A DNA stretch of 64,000 bases from Leucoraja erinacea (Eukaryota), in contig NC_073401.1 in the NCBI RefSeq assembly GCF_028641065.1, positions 22,444,001 through 22,508,000 on the forward strand, given 5' to 3'. Shown here in pieces: positions 1 to 11,389 of this stretch; the first letter of the stretch is position 1; each line of letters opens with the position of its first letter. The notes below the pieces were generated by a model, which was not told the DNA's origin, searched no databases, and saw only the letters and a program-made list of their open reading frames with translations. Position numbers and translations under genes: made by a program.

Positions 1-1164
1 CAGAAATCTTACAAATGCCACTGTTGCTTGTGTCGCCACCACCACCTTCGCCAACGCCTTCACAGTCCTCACCAACCTCTGTATATAAAATGTCCATGCG
101 TCTCTCTCCTTAAAGCTATGTCATCTAGTCCTTGATATTTCCACTCTGAGGGGAAATGGTAATCATTCGCTGCCCTATCTATGACTCATAATTGTATATA
201 ATTCTAGCAGGTCTCCCCTGATAGTCAACGGTTACAGGGAAAACAACCCAATTCTGTCCAACCTGTGCTCGTAGTTCAGGTATCATGCTGGTAAACATCC
301 GCTGAGCCCTTTACAAGGCCTATAATTTCCATCTAGTATCAGAGCGACCAGAAATGATGGCAGTACCCGAAATGCAGCCTAGCAAAAGTCCTATAAAAGT
401 TAGCATCATGACTCGCCTGCCCTTATCCTGAATGCCCTGCCCAATGAAGGAAAACATACAATATGCATTCTCACCACTCTATATAGTAGTGTTGCCACTG
501 AAGGAGATATAGACTTGGTTCCCAAAATTCCTCTGTACTTCAATACTGTTGTTATTAATCGAAAGTAGATACAAAATGCTGGAGTATGTCAGCGGGTCAG
601 GCAGCGTCTCGTATATTTCCCCTCATAATCGACCCCTCCCCCAGCAGTTCAATGCTCTGGTTAATCTGCATCTATCATTTCATCTCTCATTTTTATACCT
701 ATCCCGCTGTTTACTTTGACAGCCTTCCTCACTGTCAGCAACCCAAACAATCTAGCTGTCATCTGTAAACGTATTAACTACTAGAGAAGGTGCAGAGACC
801 TTTGTCATGGCTCCTGCAATCTCGTCTGTTGTGTCTCTCAATAATCTGTCCATTCATGCACACTGCCCCTCAAGACACCCAACACCTGCTTCTTAATCAC
901 ACAGTGCCTTTGCATATGAATATTCGCCACATTGATCTCACTCTCCTCCTTGTCTTCTCCTTGATTAAAAGACGTACAACGACTATATGTTGGTTCACTC
1001 TCCCGCACGCGCACACACGCACACACTCACACGAATACAATAGCGCGCTCATGCACAAACCCATCCGAGAGTGACCACTAACCGTTGCATAAGATCCTTC
1101 TAATCACTTGGGAATCCGATCAATTTCATCCTGGAGTGAAATGGGTGGGGCTGGTATTGAGTGA

Positions 1165-1313
1165 GAGTAATGGGAGGCAACCGGGGAGCCCGGAGAAACC
1201 CATATTATCACGTGGGGAATGTGCAAACTCCCAGCCTTGGTCAGGATCGAACCCTGGTCTCTAGAGTTGTGAGGCAGCAGATCCACTCCACACAGGTGCG
1301 CCGCTGTGGCACC
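1165..1313 (-). mobile_element. V-SINE 5' part (duplicated at 33405-33553)
   Basis: B box GGTTCGATCC and gagtttgcacattcccc...gggtttctccggg core on the minus strand. Confidence 0.75.
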
Positions 1314-2249
1314 CTACAATATATAGTATATATGCCTCTGTAAAATTCTTAGTGGTATTCGCAGAACATTTGCAGACGGTATTTGACCTGATTAGTGTGT
1401 GCAAGACTGAAGTTTGCAGTCTTCATAAAACGTAGAACGTAGAACAATACAGCAAACGAACAAGCCCTTCGGCCCACAATTTCTCTGCAGACATGAAACC
1501 AAAACCAAACCTTATTTGCATGCACATGATCCGTATCCCTGCATTCTTATATATACTCACCAGCACCTCTCACATTAAAGCTATGCCATCTCGTCCTTGA
1601 TTTTTCCATTTTGGGGAGAAAGTGTTTTGACTCAATCCAATCTATGACTCTCATAATTCTGTATACTTTTGGGAGGTCCCATCTCATCCTCGGGCGTTGC
1701 AGGGAAATCAATCCAATTATGTCTCACCTCATCTTGTGGTTATTCTGGTTAAACTACATCTGCCATTTTGTCGCCCATTTCTGCACCTGGTCTCTAACCT
1801 GCTGCATTCCCCCTAATTGAGCATCATTCTGCTAAACATCCTCTGCATCCTTTGTAAAGCCTCCACATCCATCTAGTACTGGACCGCTCAGAAATGTAGA
1901 CAGTAGCCACACTGAAGCATAACAAAAGTCCAAAAAGTAGCATAATGACTCTATGGCCGTTATCCTCAATGTCCCGACCAATTAAGGCAAGCATGCCATC
2001 TACCTTCTTAGCACGATATCTAGTTGTATTGCCCATTTCAGAGAATTACGGACTTGGTTCCTACGCTCGCTCTGTGCACCAATACTGTTGTAATTCATTC
2101 TATATTTTCCCCCTTACAGTCGACCTCCTAAAGTGTCGCACCTCACACTTATTCTGGTTAAACTACATCTGCCATTTTGTCGCCCACTTCTGTACCTGGT
2201 CTCTTTCCTGCTGCATACGTTGACAGCCCGCAGTCCGCAACCCAAGCAA

Positions 2250-2558
2250 TAGAAACATAGAAACATAGAAATTAGGTGCAGGAGTAGGCCATTCGGCCCT
2301 TCGAGCCTGCACCGCCATTCAATATGATCATGGCTGATCATCCAACTCAGTATCCCGTATCTGCCTTCTCTCCATACCCCCTGATCCCCTTAGCCACAAG
2401 GGCCACATCTAACTCCCTCTTAAATATAGCCAATGAACTGGCCTCAACTACCTTCTGTGGCAGAGAGTTCCAGAGATTCACCACTCTCTGTGTGAAAAAA
2501 GTTCTTCTCATCTAGGTTTTAAAGGATTTCCCCCTTATCCTTAAGCTGTGACCCCTTG
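2250..2558 (-). mobile_element. CR1 3' end (duplicated at ~34490-34800)
   Basis: (CATAGAAA)n tail followed by the reverse complement of the CR1 3'UTR. Confidence 0.9.
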
Positions 2559-4576
2559 GTCAATCTTGGTGTAATCTGCAAATTTACTAACCAACCCATC
2601 TACATTTACAACCATGTAATTCATATATATCACACGCAACTGAGGAAGGTGCACAGGTGGCTGCAGAACTGCATAGGTTGTCGATCTCCTGTCTGGAAAG
2701 TGTCCTTCCACCACAACACTAACTTCTATCCGTAAAATAGTTCCAAATCCACACGTCCAAGTCACTGTTAATCCCGTGCAATTTAATCTTCTGGATCAGC
2801 CTACCATAGGGGACTTTATCAAATGCCTTATAAAATCCACGTGCACGATGTCCACTGCCGGGTTATTGATTACCTTGGTCACCTCCTCAAAACCTTCGAT
2901 CAAGTTAGTAAGGCACCAGCTGCCGCGGATAAAGCCATGCCAATTAATATGTCTAAGTAAACCATTCTCTTCCAAATCCCAATCTGAAGAATCCTCTCCG
3001 TAGTTTATCATTCACTGATTAGTGGCGCACTGGCCCATAAATTCCCGGATTCTCTCTACTTCCTCGGTTAAACAAAGGATCAACACTAATTACTCTCCAG
3101 TCCTCAGACCTGGCCTGTTGCTGGAGGTGCAGGGATCTTCGTCGAGGCTCCTGCAATATTCCCTTTTGTCTCTCGAATAACTCGTTGATGTATCCACCTC
3201 AACGATTACCTTTCTTCACGACCACCAATACCCCCTCCTTCTTAGTCTCACAGTGCCCTTACATCCATGAAACTACCAGAGCAAAGAATATAGTAAAGAG
3301 AGGTTACAATATTACAGTTGCAGATAAAGTGCAAATAGATAATGCAAGGTCAATGAAGTAGGTTTGGAGACAACAGCGAGGAAGAAACGTCCCTGACTCT
3401 GGTGGTACATGTTTACAAGCTTTTGTGTCTTCTGTCCGATGGAAGAGCGGAGACCAGAGGGATAATGGTCTATGATCATGTTGGCCGCTTTCTGAAGCAG
3501 CGTAAAATGTCGTAAAATGACAGTCTCTGAAATGTAGACGGAGTCTATTGGGAGAGGTTGCTTTTGTGATAGACGAGGGTACATTAGCAACTCTCTGTAG
3601 CATTTAGAATTAACAATAATGTAATTGTTTACAGAGCTATCAACAGAATCTAGACTGCATATATCGACCATGGAGTGAAAGCACGCAGTAGAAACTGGTT
3701 TGATTTGATTTTCTGCCTAATGACTAATTGTGGCGACCAGTTGAGTTCCTCCTGCAATTTGTTTTTTTTTTAATCGCTCCACCTGAGAAGCATCTCCTTT
3801 AATGTGTCCATATGTCTACAGGCAGGTCAGCCTGGGAGGGAAGGTATTGCATTTGTATTTAGAGGTGCTCGGATTGGCGAACAATGGCAGAGATGGGGCA
3901 GCATGCAAGCAATCACGGCTGTACCTCGCGACACAGAATTTCCGAACCTAATTAAACTTTTCAACATTATCATTGTGGCGCCTCACATATTCGCGTACAC
4001 ATCCACCTACATTTTTACTGTGATGCATATCCCGGCTGCACATGGCCTTTATTTATCAATTACTTTCGGTCGGATGGCACAAAGTAATCACAAATCAGGA
4101 GGACGCACGACAAATATTCGCCTCACTCGTCTGGGTTAAAACCTCAGTAGTTCTGTCAATGTTCAATTTAATATTGTATGTGTAAATATTCTGGCAAATA
4201 CAGTAATAAATTGAATTGGCAGATGGTCGATTAGAATGTAATTAGAAGCAACTTGGCAAAAGATGCTTATGTAGTAAGAATGATTGATAAGTTTGTTGAT
4301 GGCACGAAAATTCGTGGCATTGTTAATATTGAGATTGCAGTCAGTTTGCAGATTGATGTTGATCACCTGGTCAAATGTGCAAGATAATGCCAAGTAGAAT
4401 TTAATCCTGGTAATTAGGTTCTGTTTTACATTGCGGCATTAAATAAGTGTAAGTCACAAATCATGGAGGGTAGGTTCCAGCATTGAGCAGCAACATTCGT
4501 TAATCTGCAAGTCTAAAGTTCCATGCAAATGACAGGGCAGGTATAACATGCTAATGAAGGCTTATGAAGTACTTTC

Positions 4577-4936
4577 TCAGATGGCAACCGCTCTTTGGAT
4601 GAGGCATCTATTCCTCAGATCACCGCTAGTTTCTCAATGTTCATCTTAGACCTGTGCCCTTCAGGCTTGCACACCTCTGCTATGAATATAAGTGCCTTAT
4701 TGTCTGCGCTATAGATGTCCCTCATATTTTTTTAATATCCCAATCATGTTTGCAAAACAGCCTCAGATGCACCTAACAAAACGGCACCGGCATATCGCGG
4801 CTTTCCTTATAGCTGAAACATTCCATCACAGGCAATATCAAGATGAAGATTCTGTGCAATCTCTCCAGAATATTCATGTGTGTCCGATGCAATGCTGATG
4901 AGAACGGCACCGAGTATTCTAGCTGTGACATAACCA
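4577..4936 (-). repeat. Inverted copy of 36874-37233
   Basis: tcagatggcaaccgctctttggatgaggca...gtgacataacca is the reverse complement of tggttatgtcac...tccaaagagcggttgccatctga; ORF 4692(+) matches ORF 36912(-). Confidence 0.95.
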
Positions 4937-6488
4937 CTACAAAATCCATGTAGACAACATCCACCGCCCTACCTTCATCAATCACCTTCCTCGTCTCGTC
5001 AAAACATGATCAAATTAGTAAAATAGGAGTCATTTACAAAGTCATTCCCATGAATGCCCCTAATTAACCCATTCTCTTTCAAAGTGGAGTAAATCCTATC
5101 TGGGAGAATCCTCAACAATAGCTTCTCTACCACAGACGAGAGGATCGCCGGCCTATATATTTTTTCTAGATTCTCTCTACCTCCCTTCTCAAATAAAGGA
5201 ACACAATTACCTACTTTCCAGCGCTAATCACATCGCGTGTGGCTAGAGAACATCAAGGATCTCCGACAATGCTTCTGCTATCTGCCCGTCTCAATAATCT
5301 GGGACCTCCTGCGGATTTATCTGTTGTAATGCTTTTCAAGAGCCCCAACACTTCCCCAATCTTAATCCCAAATGTTCATGGCATAATAGCATTCGCCACA
5401 CTGAGCTCACAATCCACCATGTCCTTGTCCTTTACCTCTGTAATCCAACGCAACAAAAAGGTCTGAAAAAGGGTCTCGACCCGAAACATCACCCATCCCT
5501 TCTCTCCAGAGATGCTGCCTGTCCCGCTGCGAGTCCAGCTATTTATGGCTATCTTCGGTTTAAACCAGCATCTGCAGTTTCTTCCTGTGCAACAAAGAGC
5601 TTTATCACTTACCCATTTGGTCATTCTAATCGCCCACGTGAGTTCTTTCCCCATTGTTTTATGTTCATCAAAAGCTGACTTCATCTTCAAGTAATGGGTT
5701 GGGTAATCAGAACTAAAAAGGAAAGCATTCTTCGCTGAGTGCAATTACAAAGTTTTGGATTCTTTACTGCAGGTGATCGCCAATACCTATATATATTCCA
5801 GATAGTAATATAGATATAATAATACAATAATATAATATATTATTATACCTATGGCACTATGTACACGTTATATTTCCGGTTTCGGCATATCCTGCACCTA
5901 AAAAAGCAGCCTCCAAATCTCATTTTTTCACATTATAAGGAGTGCATTTAAACTAATTAAAGTCCATACAGATTAATTTTCATATATTCAGACTGTAGAT
6001 CTTACCTTTCAGTTTGAGTTGATTCACAAAGTTCCACAACTTTGTGTTGCAGCATCTCAGAAGGGACTTTGCTTTCAAGACTTTCTTCCACTTCTATCCA
6101 CTTAGCTGCACATTTTTCAGACTTCTTAATGCTTTTCTCACTAAATTCAATTACCCTGCTGCAAGTTTCCCGAACAAAGAACCTTCATCGGAATCTCCAG
6201 TAAAACAGGCATCAGTGAAGCCCTCTCAGCTATGATGTGTGCTAGCCTGAAACAAAGCGCGTGATTGGCCAACTGGCAGACAACTCAATGTTAAATATCC
6301 TTTGATTGGACTAAAAATACCCGATATTTTCCAGTTTTTCTCTAATTTAATAAAAATGTGCAAGTCTTGTTCATGACGAGTTTCAGGGGTGATTTATATA
6401 ATTTTTTTAAACAATATATGAACATTTCATGTAGTTCTGTGACTTGGGTCACGAAACACTGGAATAAAGCTCCTCGGCCCACAGCCTA

Positions 6489-6720
6489 TTAGCCACAAGG
6501 GCCACATCTAACTCCCTCTTAAATATAGCCAAATGAACTGGCGTCCTTACCTTCTGTGGCAGAGAATTCCAGAGATTCACCACTCTCTGTGTGAAAAATG
6601 TTTTTCTCATCTCGGTCCTAAAGGATTCCCCCTTTATCCTTAAACTGTGACCCCTTGTCCTGGACTTCCCCAACATCGGGAACAATCTTCCTGCATCTAG
6701 CCTGTCCAACCCCTTGACAA
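6489..6720 (-). mobile_element. CR1 3' fragment (paralog ~51309-51530)
   Basis: Minus-strand KGLDRLDAGRLFPMLGKSRTRGHSL. Confidence 0.85.
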
Positions 6721-6749
6721 TGTTGTATCTTCTACCGAAGATAACCACA

Positions 6750-7180
6750 AACGCACGACAGGGAGCATCTATAGAGAAGGAATTGGTGACCTTTCGGGTC
6801 GAGACCCTTCTTCAGACTGAGAGTCAAGGGAGAGGTGGACATAGAGATAAGGAGGGGTTATGTGTGAAACGAGAGATCAGAGGGGACGTGAATCAAGGAA
6901 AATGTAGAATAGGTCATTGTTAGCTGAGGGGAAAGCGGCAACGAGGCACACAAAGTTATTTTAATCAGGACAAGGGGGACTAGTCGGTGAGCTAGGATGG
7001 GGGAGGGGATGCAGAGAGAGAGAAAACAAGGGTTACTTGAAGTTAGAAAAGTCAATATTCATAACGCTGAGTTGTAAGCTGCCCAAGTGGAATATGAGGT
7101 GCTGTTCCTTCAGTTTGCGTTGGACCTCACTCTGACAGTGGAGGAAGCCCAGGGTAAAAAGGTCAGTATGGGAATTAAAG
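6750..7180 (-). mobile_element. Penelope-like 3' end, minus strand (partial paralog ~51565-51868)
   Basis: Reverse complement of the terminal repeat and of the GIY-YIG C-terminal region. Confidence 0.7.
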
Positions 7181-8715
7181 TGTTAAATACAGGAATAAGC
7201 ACTTCACAGTCGTTGTGAGAGAGATGAAACAACGGCATTATTAATACTCAAATCGAAGTTATGGCGATGCTCGAAATGCCCGACTGGAATATTTGCTCCA
7301 GTTCAGGTAAACTGGTGAAATTGCAGGATGTCAGTTCAAATTTTAAAAGGAGTGAAGCGGAATCAGCTCGTGATATATGGAGTTTGAGATGCACCAACTG
7401 GTCTTCTGACGCCCGAAGATAAAACAGAACGGATTACCATTCCTTAACCAGATAGGTGTGGGACAATGCAGAGCTCATTTAACCACATCTGTGCACATCT
7501 GGACACAAATTTAAGCATTGAGGTGTTCGTGTCAAGCGCAGCACCTAGCTACGGACTAGAAAGTCCCAGAATGTCCCTGGACAGCCGCCAACGTGATGTA
7601 ATATCAGAAAGGGAATTAATTGTTGCGATGTTATTCCATGCAGTTGGAGAGTAGAGGAGAGGACTTGTCGAATGGATAAACTCCACTGAGAGCAAGTCAT
7701 TATGAATCACGATCCTGGCCACAAATAATGACATTTCTAAGGTTTTTTTGGTAGTGATTTCACCGTTGTAACCAGAGTTGAAGCTTCGACGCAGAAAGTG
7801 AAATGCAGACTCCGAATGCATGAATAGCACCAATGCATTCAAAATGTCTGTAACGTGGCGGGGATTAAAATTGTCTCCATGGGCCGAAGAGCTTGTTTCC
7901 GCACTGTATCTAAACTAAACCAAATAAACTAAACAAAGGAAAATCAAGGTCACACGACACAGACGAAAAATGGAACGCCGTGTGAAGTGCTTCAGTGGAA
8001 AAGAAAAGATTAAATTGCTAAAGTTCAAGTGAGTTTATTGTCACGTGTCCCTGATAGGACAATAAAATTCTTGCTTTGCTTCAGCACACAGAACACAGTA
8101 GGCATTTACTACAAAACAGATCCATGTGTCCATATACCATTATATAAATATATGCACACATGAATAAATAAACTGATAACGTGCAAATAACAGATAATGG
8201 GTTATTAACAATCAGAGTTTTGTCCGAGCCAAGTTTAATAGCCTGATGGCTGTGGGGAAGCAGCTATTCCCGAAGATAGCAGGGAGATGAGTGTGTGGCC
8301 AGGATGGTGTGGGCATCACACCATCAAGTTATGTTTGCTTAGGACACACACGTCAGAGTTATTTTTTTTAAATATGCCACTGCAGGACTTGGACATATTC
8401 TGCAATCGCGGCGAACTTTCCAGTACGGTAATAAGCAAGATAGGCAATCTTCAAGCAGTTGTGGTTCAGATAAAACGTCGAATCAAGGCCCAATCTTCTT
8501 TCTCTGGAGGAGATAAAGGTGCCACGCCTCTACTGGTGGAGCAGTGATACTCCGACGAAAGATATGCAATAAATTACACAATTAAAACATGTGGTCCATA
8601 CATTTTTCATTGCTTTTTCGATCAAAGATTTTATTGTCATTCAAAAATACACTGACAAATGCAAGTCTGAACGAAATTTCGTTGCATCTGTCTCACCGTG
8701 CAACATAAAATAACA

Positions 8716-8770
8716 AAAGGATAAAATAGATAAAAGGATAAAATAGATAAAAAAGATAAAATAGATAATA
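8716..8770. repeat. A-rich (GATAAAA)-type minisatellite (paralog ~52846-52900)
   Basis: ggataaaatagataaaa repeated ~3 times. Confidence 0.75.
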
Positions 8771-9329
8771 GTGGCGGCACATTATATGGAATTCAAGAGT
8801 CGCAGCAAATCAACCACAGAATTGCTTCACGTTAGCTGCAACATTCCTGCATCGCATCAAGGGACAGTACCGATGGATACAGTGAAATATAACATTGAGA
8901 TACTTTTTGATTATGTCTTAATGATTAAGTTTTGTTGTGTTGAATCGCACTCGTGTCATGACTGATGTTAGACAGATGCAGACGATGCCTTTTTTCAAAA
9001 TAAGAAATAAAAGATGCCTTGGGATAAATAATTAGTGAATAAACAGATACAGAGCAGAACAAGAAACGCCAGTTGCGTGGAGCAGTCCCAAGTGTACATG
9101 GAATCCCATACGAGAGTAATTGACATTAAGGTTGCAGATCAAAGTACTATCACTTCCTCACCATGGTCTTTCAGCCTCTCAACATCACTGCTTTTCAATG
9201 AACCCCGGTGCAACAATCAATCGACAATTCTAGACACATTTCCCATGAGGACTGAGATAGGGAAAAACATTTTCAGCCAGAGTTGTGAATCTATGGAATC
9301 CCTCTCCTATTCCTTCCTTCCTTCCTTCC

Positions 9330-9369
<40 letters not shown>

Positions 9370-11389
9370 TCCTAAATTGAAGAGGGAGAAACATCCCCTG
9401 GTCCTCGCCATTCACCTCACCAGCCTCCGTATCCAACACACCATCATCTAACATCACTGACAGAGAGTTGTGAATCTGTGGAATTCTCTGCCACCAAAGG
9501 CAGTGGAAGCCAATTCACTGGATGTTTTCAAGAGAGAGTTAGATTTAGATCTTAGGGCTAATGGAATCAAGAGATATGTGGAGAAACCAGGAACAGGTAC
9601 TGATTCTGGATGATCAGCCATGATCATATTGAATGGCGGTGCTGGCTCAAAAGGACCTATTTTCTATGTTTCTATGATTCCTTTATCGATTGTAGTACCT
9701 CTCCAAGGTAAATATGTTCAGTTTGCCATCAGAACATCAGAACAGTTCAGAATCTGAGCCCCCATGCTTATATTTTATTTTTTCTGAGGCTAATTTTAAT
9801 TGCAAATCTCTCATTACTGAACGAAATAAAAGATCACTCTCAACAATGTTATATCTTTTTATCCTATTACACCATATTATTTATGCTTGAAAACTGATTT
9901 TAACGGTTACAAACTAACACGTGAGCAGAACAATTTCTGTAATTTTGGATTCTTCCATTAAATCACGTTGAAATTGTTTTCGATTTCCATAATAATTAGA
10001 AACATGGGTCCAAATTCCTTCACTGCCCCGTTCAGTTCAGCTCATAATACAAATTATTCTTCCGCGGGTTCAGTGTCCTCCTTGGTGTCAAGCACATACT
10101 GGGCACCAATAGCGGATTTTGCACTTTCGCAATCACTTTGTAAATGACCCATTTTCTCACCAAAGTGGGGTTTTCCTGTTTCAGCCACAATGGTAACAGA
10201 CTCTGCTTGTGTCCCGATATCACAGACTGGCTTTGCAGTCATTGTATTCGAACAAAAATCAGTCCTCGATGACCACAGACTAACTGACCATGACGGGCAA
10301 CATCCGAGAACAGCAAAACTACAGGAACATGACCAACTGGTTTATCAACTGGGCTCCAACTTTGGTTGGAGCTCGGATTTTTAAGCTATATTCATGAACT
10401 AACTTTTTTTTAAATGAGTCATCGAGCAGTTGGTAGTAGGTTGCAATCACCATCTTAACCAATAATGTGGAGATAATTCCCGATAACACTATTGATTTAG
10501 GGATATTTGCCAGGGATGGCGGACTGGTTATGGGGAGACCTCCAACCCTGTGCCGCAGCCAGGTCAATGGGCATTTGTGGCAAAGTTAAGACTCGATATT
10601 GTTAATAACGTTGGATTTGAATAACACAAAATGGTGCTGGAAACGTGGCGACTATCGTGTGCCGTCTTAGTATCATGCACTATTCTTGCACTCTTGTAGC
10701 TTTATACTGCAACATTTGTTTACTAAACTGTAGGCAAAAAAAGAAATTTCACTGTACCTTGGCACATGTGACCATTAAAAACACACGTCAATGTAACCAT
10801 GTAATCGGCAAGAGGTCCACCTTCTTGATGCCCACAATGAAATCTGGTACATTCTCCAATGTGAATCATTTGAAAGGCATTGTTCTGTGCATGATAACCC
10901 CATCAATTTGTTTGGTGCAACCAGACTTTTGAGGTTGAAAGCATGTATAGACCAAAATGTCAAGGAATATGCCTGCCCTTTTCTCACCTGCAATATTGTT
11001 TGCCCAAAACCACTGTTCAAAATATTGCAAATAATCATTGGATTACCAAATTGTGCTAAAATCATGCATGGGTTTACATCTTATAAAGTGCTATCTCAAA
11101 ATCCATATAAACTATGTGCATGGACATTTTCCATGTCCATTGCACTACCTACACAATTAAAAGATGTGAACATGCTCAATAGACTTGTGCTACCCTTTAC
11201 ATGTCCATGTTGGCTCTCTCAAATCAAGAGACTTTTTTACTGTCAGCCTTTAATTACAAATGCCAATAACCTCCCAACAACTATTAATAAACTGACAAGT
11301 TTGAGCTTCCCTCACCGTTTTTAAATAATGGAACTGCATAAGTATTTTTGCAATTTAAGAGGGACAATTCAAGAAATAATCCCTATTGA

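Larger units (their letters stand above)
1..4576 (+). repeat. Segmental duplicate of 32241-36815
   Basis: Near base-for-base match at offset ~32240; duplicated ORF translations (e.g. 790..1074 vs 33030..33314). Confidence 0.97.

Noticed and set aside
586-4393. Short ORFs that recur almost identically at 32826-36632
   Set aside because: Recurrence reflects the recent DNA duplication, not coding constraint; no recognisable domains.
5940-6488. Possible DNA-transposon end (minus-strand TAGGCTG... terminus)
   Set aside because: No matching second terminus or TSD found.
9035-9457. Poly-proline / poly-glycine ORFs (also ~15460-15750, 41123-41405, 53176-53478)
   Set aside because: Produced by poly-C/G tracts inside Penelope or CR1 debris.
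10032-10620. Possible decayed coding sequence on the minus strand (MTAKPVCDIGTQAESV...)
   Set aside because: Short, no recognisable motif or exon structure; would need a BLASTX hit.
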